A DNA stretch of 16,919 nucleotides, taken from Octopus sinensis. Its lineage: Eukaryota. Where the stretch lies: positions 1-16,919 of the forward strand of contig NW_021825036.1 in NCBI RefSeq assembly GCF_006345805.1, in the 5' to 3' direction. Within the stretch, counting starts at the first letter, position 1. Each line of letters begins with the position of its first letter. The notes under the pieces are model-generated. The model was not told the DNA's origin and did no database searches. It saw only the letters and a program-made list of their open reading frames with translations. This document shows positions 1-9,478 of this stretch, in pieces. Both the position numbers and the translations under genes were made by a program.

Positions 1-19
1 AAAAAACAAACATAATAGT

Positions 20-320
20 TATGTGATGCTTTCCAATCACATGGCTGTGGGTTCAATCCTACTGCGTAGTACATTGGGAAAATGTTTTCCTCGAACCGAA
101 CAATAATGCCTTGTGAATGGATTTGGTAGACGGAAACTGAAAAAACAACCCCGTCGCTTATAAATATATATATATTGTGTATGTGTGTGTGTGTGTGTGG
201 TATGTGTATGTGTGTGTGTGCCTGTAACTTAACGGTTCGTCAAAAAGACCGATAAAATAAGTACCAAGTTAAAAAAAAGTACTGCGTTCAATTCATTCGG
301 CTAAAAATTCTTCAAGGCGT
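20..320 (+). mobile_element. tRNA-derived SINE, family A, older diverged copy
   Basis: Co-linear with the 3641-4023 copy: head (atggctgtgggttcaatcctactgcgt), ttggtagacggaaactgaaa, internal (TA)/(TG) tract, gaccgataaaataagtacc, ttcaaggcg. Many substitutions and deletions. Confidence 0.85.
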
Positions 321-337
321 AAAGTGTTGGAACAAAT

Positions 338-566
338 ACTCTCTTTACTCTTTTACTCTCTTTACTTGTTTCAGTCATTTTACTGTGGCCATGCTGGAGC
401 ACCGCCTTTAGTCGAGCAAATCGACCCCAGGACTTATTCTTTGTAAGTCTAGTAATTATTCTATCGGTCTCTTTTGCCGAACCGCAAAGTTATGGGGACG
501 TAAACACACCAGCATCGGTTGTCAAGCGATGTTGCGGGAGCAAACACAGACACACACACACACCAC

Positions 567-597
<31 letters not shown>

Positions 598-771
598 AAT
601 ATATACGACGGGCTTCTTTCAGTTTCCGTCTACCAAATCTACTCACAAGGCTTTGGTCGACCCGAGGCTACAGTAGAAGACACTTGTCCAAGGTGCCAAA
701 CAGTAGTACTGAACCCTGAACCATGTGGTTGGATAAGCAAGCTACTTACCACACAGCCACTCCTACGCCTA
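338..771 (-). mobile_element. tRNA-derived SINE, family A, near full-length young copy
   Basis: Reverse complement matches 3641-4023 almost throughout. Pol III A-box-like tggctgtgtgg and B-box-like gggttcagt, internal (TG)n, and a tail of TAAAAGAG-like repeats at 338-365. Confidence 0.93.
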
Positions 772-789
772 CTGAAAAGAATTTTTTTT

Positions 790-1044
790 CGGTGTCCTAG
801 CGATTCTGCCAAACTTGGGGCAGTATTTCTGCTCGATGTGTTCGGTGAAAGCAAAAATCCGACGAGTGTGCACTACATGCCTGTACTCTAGGCGCAACAG
901 CTGGGAAAGGACGCGGACTAGCCGCACGAAAATTTTCACACATGCGCAAGAAGGGCGACATCCCCACCCAAAGTATTTTTTTGCTCACACATTACTTTCG
1001 GCGGGAAAAAAATAATGTTGGGTAGTTTTTGACCGCACCTCGTA
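790..1044 (-). mobile_element. mariner (Tc1/mariner) 5' terminal fragment: TIR, 5' UTR and decayed transposase N-terminus
   Basis: The minus strand begins TA-CGAGGTGCGGTCAAAAA (1044 to about 1026), a typical mariner TIR start. From 849 it reads FTEHIEQKYCPKFG, which resembles the mariner transposase N-terminal motif MTERxEQRYCIKFC (recalled family knowledge). No partner TIR is present in the window. Confidence 0.75.
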
Positions 1045-1536
1045 TATTTAATGCATAAAACATTCTTTAAGAAGCTTTTGGTTTATTGTTATGTTAATTC
1101 TAACCTCTTATCTGCTAACGCCAACCTCTGTTTCTAGACTGTTGAAATGCCTTCGGATATTATGTTCTGCATGTTGCATGACTCATTCATTTGAAGGCAA
1201 CAACACTCAGGAAATAATGAAATTGAAGAAACAGAAGTGTTTACTTGCAAAAGATAAGAGAGAAAAGCTATTTGCGGCGTGACCCAAACAACTTTTCGAA
1301 AGTTCGCTCGAATGACATGCGACATGTTCTTAGTCAAAATAGTGAAAAATGTTTCAAAGTTTTCTTAGCAATTATATATTTCCAAACGTCCCATTAAGGG
1401 CGCTAGGATTGCTTGAATAGGCGTTATTCGGTAAAGCGTGGGCGTTGGGATTCATTGTCAGCCAAACCCACAGCAATGCCATCTTAACAGCATTACAAGT
1501 CTCTCGGAAAAGGAATGCAATGTGTGTGTTCGCGCT

Positions 1537-1602
<66 letters not shown>
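1537..1602. repeat. compound microsatellite (TG)n(AG)n
   Basis: Directly visible. Confidence 0.97.
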
Positions 1603-1606
<4 letters not shown>

Positions 1607-1715
1607 ATATTTACTGACAACAAGCCACAATATACACAGATTAGCGTTGGGTCCTTAAACTCGGGGGCTTTCCGAGCAATTGTCAGTACGACTGTGACGT
1701 AAAACAACATCTTGT

Positions 1716-2117
1716 ATCTTTTATCTTTTACTTGTTTCAGTCATTAGACTGCGGCCACGCTGGAGCATCATCTTGAAGTGTTTCACTAGAACGAATCGAT
1801 CCCAGTACTTTTCTTTCTCACTGGAACTTATTCTACCGATCACTTTTGCCGAACCGCTAAGATACGGGGACGTAAACACACCAACACCGGTTGTCAAGCG
1901 GTGCGGGAGGGGATTGGCAAACACAGGCACAAACACACACACACACACACACGACAGGCTTCTTTTCAGTTTCCATCTGCCAAATCCACTCACAGGGTTA
2001 TGGTCGGCCCGAAACTAGAGTAGAAGACACTTGTTCAAGGTGCCGCGCAGTAGGAGTGAACTCAGAACCATGTGGTTGGGAAGCAGACTTCTTACCACAC
2101 AGCCACGCCTTCGCCTA
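1716..2117 (-). mobile_element. tRNA-derived SINE, family A, subfamily with TAAAAGA tail
   Basis: Co-linear with the reverse complement of 3641-4023. Head ends at agccacgccttcgccta; tail tatcttttatcttttacttgtttcag. Confidence 0.92.
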
Positions 2118-2213
2118 TATTGATCCTAAAACCAACTAACTTTAACCATTCATTTTTAACCAGACTGCTTATCTTTGGAAATTTCTTGTTATTCTTTCTT
2201 TTATCTTATGATT

Positions 2214-2683
2214 ATATAGGCGTGTACAGTTATATTTAACACAGTAGTGCACGTTCAAACGTGTAAAGGCCACCGCTGTGAAAACTGTCTCTGGAGAGAA
2301 ATTCTCTTTATAGACAACGTATGTGAAAAGAAAACACACTGCTGAGCTACGAATGACGTAATCAGGACGTAGGACACGTGTTTCTGTATCGTTATGCTTC
2401 ATCAGCTACGGACATCGAATCCGTCGTTCATAGCCCACTAAGAATTGTAGAACTGTCGTTCTTATATTAAAATAGCATGGCTATGAAGAACTGAGTTGGC
2501 GAAGAGTAACGACGCAGAGGCACGTGTCCTACAATCCGATTACGTCATTCATATCTCAGTAGTGTGTTTTTCACATACACTGTTTATAAGGAGAATTTCT
2601 TTCCAGAAACAGTTTGCGCTGCGGGAGTCTTTCTAGGTTTAAGTGTATACGAATGTGTTAAATATAACTGTACACACCTATAT
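2214..2683. mobile_element. foldback MITE (about 470 bp, about 185-bp inverted arms, about 100-bp spacer), TA-flanked, probably Tc1/mariner-mobilised
   Basis: 2215-2243 and the reverse complement of 2654-2682 match at 28/29. Arm homology continues inward to 2400 and 2501 (gaatgacgtaatc/gattacgtcattc, aggacacgtg/cacgtgtcct). Both ends lie in TATA. Confidence 0.88.
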
Positions 2684-2984
2684 TTCAATCATCGTTGCTT
2701 TATGTGTCTCTAATAAACTATTATCTATCTTCTCTAGCAGTGTTTCCCAGCATGAAGTTCGAAAAATCGGAATGGCGGTCCGTGGCCTGAGTTCAAAATT
2801 TGTTGAGTAGACAATAATTTTAAAAGCATAGGTCCATAGGAAAAGTCTTTTAAATAAAAGAGCTCAACGTTGATAAGAAAAGGGTAGGTCTATCATGAGA
2901 CATGACTTGCTCTCTTAATTAAGGGTACTGAATAACTAGTGAAAAGGAAGCTGTTTTTGCTGTTGATTAGCCTCATATTAATAT

Positions 2985-3120
2985 TGATCTACTGGAACAA
3001 TCTATGATTAAAGATATTCCAGCCTTTAATCCCACCTATTTTGGTGTCTTGGACTATAGTATCCAACGTGCTCTTCCTTTTTTTTATAAAGTAGTCGGTG
3101 TGATTTAAAAGATATTTGCT
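2985..3120. repeat. degenerate dispersed repeat (family C), related to 8133-8270
   Basis: Shared ordered words ttgatc, tattcca, atccc, tatccaa, ttccttt with 8133-8270. Weak alignment by eye. Confidence 0.4.
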
Positions 3121-3426
3121 ATATCTAGTAGGTCGAACGATTATATCGAGGTCTTCTTGTTGAGGTAGAACTAAGAGGGCCACGAAATCAAAAGAGAATT
3201 GGAAACCGGTGTACTCAATATTCAGTGAGATCTGCGAGGGAATTTGCGAATATTTGCTTCGCTGACTGCGATTTAAGAGAAATTTGGTTGCTATATATCG
3301 CAGGTCGAGTGATGACATAAAAGTTTCCTTGTTGGGGTAGAATTAAGGGGTCACAAAGCCGAAACAAAATTGTAAGTTGTTGGCCTCCACATTCAATGAA
3401 ATCTACGAGCGAATTTGCGAATATTT
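3102..3426. repeat. diverged two-unit tandem duplication, period about 171-172 bp
   Basis: ttgctatat at 3116 and 3288; cttgttg(a/g)ggtagaa in both units; gaatttgcgaatattt identical at 3240-3255 and 3411-3426. Confidence 0.85.
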
Positions 3427-3432
3427 TCTTTT

Positions 3433-4023
<591 letters not shown>

Positions 4024-4229
4024 TATGTGTGTGTGTGTGTGTGTGTCTGTCCACCACCACCGCTTGAAAACCGTTGTTAGTATGTTTACGTCCCCTTAAA
4101 TTACTGGTTCGGCAAAAGAGAACGATAAAATAAGTACCAGGCTTTAAAAAAGTCCTGGGGTAGATTTGTTTGACTAAAACCCTTCAAGGTGGTGCTCTAA
4201 CGAGCGAAACAAGTAAAAGATAAAAGATA
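4024..4229 (+). mobile_element. family A SINE 3' half (older subfamily; probable continuation of 3433-3516)
   Basis: (TG)n, cgcttgaaaaccg, tgtttacgtcccc, ggttcggcaaaagag, ccttcaaggtggtgc, tail aaacaagtaaaagataaaagata. Confidence 0.88.
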
Positions 4230-4601
4230 TCGCTAAGGGCAATTACAATCCTCTTCCCTTAAAATTTACGTTCCTTGTGTCAATGATGAAATCATTACCG
4301 TGTGACCCTTTGCATTGGGTAGCCATCTTAAAAGGTGTTAGTGCTTATTGGTAATTGTGGTGGCGACGGTGAGGTTAGTATGAGTAAGTATTCGAGATGA
4401 TTGTGGAGAGCCAAAAAGTGCAGCAGACTCGAAAGAATTTTGGAAACCATTGGGTTGGCTCTACCACTACATCTACGATTAAATTAGCAAGATGTATTTT
4501 TTCACGGCATGGCAGAAGCTGAGTGAAATAATTCCTTGGAGAACTGTAATGATTCCCAGCCAAAAATTATTGTTCTACGAGTGGGAGGAACAACTTTAAT
4601 T

Positions 4602-4643
4602 GTATGTGTATACGTGTGCATACGTATATATATTTTTGTGTGT

Positions 4644-4699
<56 letters not shown>

Positions 4700-4708
4700 G
4701 AGAGAGAA
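4602..4708. repeat. (TG)n/(AG)n microsatellite
   Basis: Directly visible. Confidence 0.95.
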
Positions 4709-5388
4709 AGGGTGGGGAGATATTACATCAGTGATCTTTCTCAGATTAAGCAATGGTGAAACAGACAGGGCAGTAAATATATTTTTCTTGTTTTTCTTCT
4801 CTTCTCCTGCATAGGGGCTGGGGGTTATCAAACACATTTGCAAGGGCATTTGGAAGGTTGCCGTTACCACGAAAACTGTTGAAGCAATATGTGTACTGTG
4901 TGACCGAGATCTTCTTTGCATGTCAGTCATATTGGCTGCAGGGCTCACTATCGGAGCAGACTGCAAGCATGTTATCTCCCTTATCTCTCTTATCTATAGC
5001 AGACTTTTCATTATCTCACTGCCTCTTGAAATCTCAGTATTGTTGACTGCTGTATCAGCAATGTTGAAGTCTGTCAGTAGGTTAAGAAATTTCCCATTAG
5101 GCCAATCAGGTCTTTCTTTCTTTCTTTCTGTTTTGTTTTGTTTGTTTGTTTGTTTGTTTGTTTCTGTTTTGTTTTAGTGAAATCGCGGTTGTTCACAGAC
5201 TCGCATACATGACCGAATTGATAGACTGCCAGGTTAACAACCGAACAGAGTTTGGCAGATCGTGCCCCTTGTTATCACTAAAGTGATATAGTGGTGATAA
5301 GGTTTATTCTAAATTTTAGCAGTCAGCGTGCAAAAAATTATGAGACAGTTTTTATTTTCTTGCGACATAAGTATGTAGGTACTGGATG

Positions 5389-5587
5389 AATGATTCGTTT
5401 CAAATTTTGGTACGAGGCGGGGATGTAAGTCGATTACATTGACCCCAGTGTTCAACTCGTACTTATTTTATCCACCCCAAAAAGATGAAAGGTGAAGTCG
5501 ACTTCGGCAAAATTTGAACGTGAATACGGATGCAATGGCGCTAAACATTTAGACCGGCGTGGTAACGTTTCTCCCAGCACGCCGCCC
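5389..5587 (-). mobile_element. tRNA-derived SINE, family B
   Basis: Co-linear with 12891-13078 (gtcgattacat.gaccccagtg, gatgaaagg, aatttga, ccggcgtg.taac, gccgcc). B-box-like GTTCAAATT on the minus strand. Confidence 0.85.
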
Positions 5588-5609
5588 TCGAATGAATAAT
5601 TATAATTTT

Positions 5610-5760
5610 AGACCAGTAGATTGGCAGAATCGTTAGATTGTCGAAAAAAAAAAATACTTTGCAGAATTTATTCCTTCTCTCTACCTTCTTAGTTCAAATC
5701 TCGCTGAAGTCTATTTTGCCTTCTCTCCTTTTTTTTTTTCGAGGGTCAAAAAAAAAAAAA
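5610..5760 (+). mobile_element. family B SINE 5' half (interrupted by a LINE)
   Basis: ttggcagaatcgttag, agttcaaatctcgctgaagtc, tttgccttc, gagggtc match the family B 5' half. The 3' half resumes at about 6296. Confidence 0.75.
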
Positions 5761-6295
5761 AATAATGAAATTATTGTATACAGTACTCAGGTGCACCGCA
5801 ACTTATTAAAAGTGCGTATAAAGCATTTGCAGTAATGTACAAATGTCTGGGAAACGAACAGTGTATGAGTCAGATACATGCTTGCGTGTGTATGGAGGGG
5901 AGAAAATCAGGTGTAGTGTTTGCGAATCTCAGGAAGCATGGAAGTTTTGAAGAATGCAGTGCTCCGACAACTAACAATTGATGCCGGCAGTTTGTTCCAT
6001 ACTTCAGCAACTCTTAGCGTGAAAAAATGTTTCCGAAAGTCATGGGACCTGTGCTGTTTTCTGACTTTGTAAACATGTCCACGGGTGTTCGACAGGTGGA
6101 GTCTGAAAAGGTGCTCAGTTTGTAAGATGGTTAATAATTTTATGGGTGTCTGCCAAGTCAGCTGCCAGACGTCGGAGTTTCAATGTATCCATGCCCAGGG
6201 AAGTAAGGCGTTCAGAATATGGCAAATGCCTGATGGAGGGTATTCTCTTGGTTGCACGTCGCTGAACGGTTTCCAGACGATTAATATCCTGGGCA
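5761..6295 (-). mobile_element. 5'-truncated CR1-type LINE 3' end (ORF2 C-terminus and 3' UTR)
   Basis: Minus strand: AQDINRLETVQRRATKRIPSIRHLPYSERLTSLGMDTLKLRRLAADLADTHKIINHL, a frameshift near 6115-6125, then EHLFRLHLSNTRGHVYKVRKQHRSHDFRKHFFTLRVAEVWNKLPASIVSCRSTAFFKTSMLPEIRKHYT* (stop at 5907-5909). The motifs LExVQRRATK, YxERL, TRGH and WNxLP are characteristic of CR1-clade ORF2 ends. The 3' UTR ends in tttcattatt. Confidence 0.9.
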
Positions 6296-6391
6296 ATAAA
6301 GTATCAGTCTCGTACTGGTTCAAAGCAATAAAATAATCCACCCAACCCCTTAAAATTATGCTGGCTTTGTGCCAAAATTAGTAACAATTAA
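6296..6391 (+). mobile_element. family B SINE 3' half (continuation of 5610-5760)
   Basis: ataaagtatcagtctcgtactgg, cccaaccccttaaaattatgctggctttgtgccaaaatt match the family B 3' region seen at 11035-11131 and, reversed, at 12296-12345. Confidence 0.7.
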
Positions 6392-6585
6392 CTCCTACTT
6401 ATTTTGAGCGGCAAATTGACCGAATCTCAAGCGAGTCGAATAGAAAGCTTTAATAAATACCGATAATTAATTATAAACTTATTAACATGATTTGGATATA
6501 TAATATATAATGGGTTGCGCGTGATTTATAGCTATAAACTAGTATATATACTTATATTTGCTAAGTTAATACTCTTTTTTTAAAA

Positions 6586-6809
6586 CAGAGGTTCTTAATT
6601 TTTTTGCCTATGAACTTCCATGGCCATTCGATGTGTATATATAAAAAAACTACAGTGTTTTATAATTAAATGTTATAAATAATTGTATAAAATTAAAAAA
6701 AATAATCCGTGTATGGTACAAGTATAAACAATTTATTATATATGAATTTTAACCACAAAATTTTATGCGGATCCCCAAGGGCTATACGGACCCCAGTTGA
6801 GAACCACTG
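6586..6809. mobile_element. hAT (Charlie-type) MITE, 224 bp
   Basis: TIRs cagaggttcttaa and ttgagaaccactg (reverse complement cagtggttctcaa) match at 11/13. The 8-bp flanks ttttaaaa (6578-6585) and atttgaaa (6810-6817) match at 6/8. CAGTGGTTCTCAA termini and 8-bp TSDs are established hAT-Charlie features. Confidence 0.88.
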
Positions 6810-6929
6810 ATTTGAAACAAATCCTTTGTAATTATGTGAAGGATTTGTCAATGATATGTTATTTTGATTGATTTGTTGTATAGTAATTTAGCTAGTTAGG
6901 TAACTACTACTTGGAGAGTTCCAACTCTC

Positions 6930-7015
6930 TTCGTTTTGAGTTCAAATCTGGTCAGGTTCAACTTTATTATTTTTTTTCCTTTCAAAGTCGATAATTAAAG
7001 TATTAGTTTGGGTCA
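6930..7015 (+). mobile_element. degraded family B SINE fragment
   Basis: gttttgagttcaaatctggtcaggttcaacttt...cctttcaaagtcgataattaaagta resembles the family B middle region. Confidence 0.55.
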
Positions 7016-7053
7016 GTAAATTAGCGGAATTGTTTGAACCGTAGCGTAGACTC

Positions 7054-7310
7054 TGGTGAAATCCCTTTCTCCCTATATTATATATATGTGCATTCGAACG
7101 TAGCAGGGAATAGCTAGCCTTTGGCCGCTATTTGTATCCCGTTATATTCACTACTCTGATTGGTTGGTATTGGTGAAATTTATCTCTTACTCTGTCGCGC
7201 CAACTTGCCGTGTATAACCAGTCGGAGTCCCTAAATACGATCACGTGGGACAGCCTGTTCTCTACCCTGTTTTGAGCCTACAGTTCCTTATAAAAACCCT
7301 TTTTGATTGA
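7054..7310 (+). mobile_element. LTR-derived fragment (U3/promoter part) homologous to the solo LTR at 13427-14415
   Basis: Aligns with the minus strand of 14415 down to about 14165, starting at its first bases. 25-bp identical block at 7149-7173 and 14297-14321; CACGTG at 7242-7247; TATAAAA at 7289-7295. Right boundary and TSD not found. Confidence 0.8.
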
Positions 7311-8132
7311 GTTAAAAAGAATATCTCCAATGCAGCTCTCAACTTGAACGCCTGGCTATCTACACTCTCGAAATGGAATCTCAAGCAAGACGCACAGTTT
7401 TCTGGTGATAAATCTAGTTGTACCGCTCGTAAATTCAATGAGTAGGTCTTACAAAGAGTAATGTATAATTTAAATAAGAAGACGAAGAAAGATTTTAGCA
7501 CATATTTATTACTAGCTACAAATGTTTAACGTCATTGCACGGCGATAATTTCATGTGAATACTTAATATATGCGGTGTTGGGCATTGACCATGAGCTCGT
7601 AAAAGGCGAACTGTAGACGAGGACTATTACAGCAGACTAATTGTTGAACAGGTCGGCAGAAAAACAAGGCACTTCCGATGAGGCATTTAACAAGACTTTG
7701 CCTTTAGGGGCGGATCGCTCTTTCTCACGTTTGTAAATGTTTGACACGCCAAAAAAAACAAAACAAAAATAAACAAACAAAAAAGCAACAGTTCAACAGA
7801 TCAACGTCTGTTGTTATTTTACACATAGCTCAACTAAAAGCTATAACAGTCGATTATAACGGAGAGACACTTCATCAGACTGCATCAAAACGTGCGCTCA
7901 TACATTTTTTTATTAAACACGGCAATTTTCCCCACCTCCTTTTCAATCCTCCCAAGACCCTCCACCTATGAAAAACAAAACGGTTGTGTTAAACCGGATG
8001 CCAGATCTAACAAATCTATAATTAAAGTTCTTCCATTCATGACCATTCCGCTTTTATCTTTTGTGCTATTATCCGTGACAAAGATTGATTTAATGACCAG
8101 GCGTTGGTATTAACTCGAGCGTTCTTTCAGCC

Positions 8133-8270
8133 TTGATCCAACAGATCTCATAAGAGCTATTCCATCTGTGACCATCCCGTTTTTTTACCACTTATATCTA
8201 TATCCAAAGCACCTTTCTCATTTTCCTTTCTAAAACGGGATGATGTGGTATGAGGGAAATTTAGCTGCCA
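8133..8270. repeat. degenerate dispersed repeat (family C), related to 2985-3120
   Basis: Weak ordered word matches to 2985-3120, aligned by eye. Confidence 0.4.
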
Positions 8271-8540
8271 TAAATTCTCTTCCGTAGCCCCGCTTCCCTC
8301 ACCCACCGTCTTGGCTCCAGATTTTATTACGTTTATCCACTTCCTGTCTTATCTTCTGTTTTTATGAAACTATTTTCATTTGAATTCCAAGTATTGTAAC
8401 AAGGCTCTTAATGTGTTTTCTACAATGAATTCATTTTATTTGTTGATTTATTTTGATATTATCTTTTTAAAATCATTATTTCGAAGGTTTGTTCTTTTTC
8501 TACTTAAAGTATTATTCTCACCCTCGGGATGCCATTGAAA

Positions 8541-8586
8541 TATATATATATTTGTTTTATATATATATATTTATATATATATATAT
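8541..8586. repeat. interrupted (TA)n
   Basis: Directly visible. Confidence 0.9.
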
Positions 8587-8712
8587 TTGTTTTATCATCT
8601 CAGGTTTCTTTCCGGAGTCATACAGTCGACACATGTTTTTATATGATTGACATGAAAACATTTCCAGATTTGCGCTGTCGTTCTGCCCTTCTTCCACATC
8701 TTCCTACCCTTC

Positions 8713-9030
8713 ATGATGATGATGATCATCATCATATTCTTCTTCTTCTTCTTCTTCTTCTTCTTCTTCTTCTTCTTCTTCTTCTTCTTTTCATCATCAT
8801 CATCATCGATAATATTAAATATCGTTATCGTATTAAATATCACCATTACCATCGTAAATTATCGTCATAACCCTCTCCGAAATTATCGTCATCATCATCA
8901 ACGTTGACTTCGTCGTCGTCATCATCATCATTATCATCATCATCAACATTATCGTCGTCGCCATTTTTGTCACCGTCGCCACCATCTCCACCACTGTCAC
9001 CGCCGTCATCGTCATCATCATCATCGTCAT
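8713..9030. repeat. compound trinucleotide microsatellite (GAT/CAT)n, (CTT)n, (CAT/CGT)n
   Basis: Directly visible; it generates the poly-K/L/F/M/I pseudo-ORFs in the track. Confidence 0.95.
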
Positions 9031-9084
9031 GAATTTTACGAATAGTTCGTTAGCTTCTAGCACCGGGTTCATTCAATTCCGTTT

Positions 9085-9166
9085 GTACACACACACACAC
9101 TCACACACACGTGAATATCTAATACTTATGCGTGTATGTGTGTGTGTGTGTGTGTATACACACACA
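9085..9166. repeat. inverted (CA)n ... (TG)n microsatellite pair
   Basis: (CA)n at 9086-9110 and (TG)n at 9132-9155, separated by about 20 bp. Confidence 0.85.
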
Positions 9167-9259
9167 TGCATACTAGTTTAGCTAGAGCCATTATCTTAAT
9201 AATCAAAGATATCCACTCTAATTTATGTACTGAGAACTTTAAGCATAGTAGCAAATCTT

Positions 9260-9478
9260 TACTACACTCGTTTCCATAGTGTAGTCATTTATTCAACAGT
9301 GCATAATATGACACGGCACTACATAACTTAACATTATTTCATAACTCCATCATCGCGTCAGGTAATATTGAACCTTTTACCAGCAAAATCAAACGGGTGT
9401 GTGAGAATGTAGCGTTACGTAATAGCATATAATATGCATTATTGAATAAATGACTTCACTGTGGAAACGCGTGTAGTA
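9260..9478. mobile_element. TA-flanked MITE (about 215 bp) with long TIRs
   Basis: 9261-9297 and the reverse complement of 9441-9477 match at 33/37. Weaker arm similarity continues to about 9338 and 9408. TA at 9260-9261 and 9477-9478. Confidence 0.85.

Noticed and set aside
461-891. ORFs overlapping the SINE at 338-771 (also those at 1721-2139 and 3396-3852)
   Set aside because: They are translations of SINE sequence and (CA)/(TA) tracts, and the same pseudo-peptides recur at each copy.
1110-1282. Branch-point-like ctaac and pyrimidine-rich AG at 1138 followed by short open frames
   Set aside because: All frames stop within about 50 codons, no clear donor site was found and the peptides are unrecognisable.
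2738-2752. cagtgtttcccag resembling a hAT TIR
   Set aside because: No partner TIR or 8-bp TSD found.
5263-5292. Small palindrome around tatcact-aa-agtgata
   Set aside because: 7-bp arms are expected by chance in AT-rich DNA of this length.
6085-6336. 83-aa plus-strand ORF
   Set aside because: It is the antisense reading of the CR1 ORF2 remnant.
8529-9072. Poly-Lys/Leu/Phe/Met ORFs
   Set aside because: Trinucleotide microsatellite artefacts.
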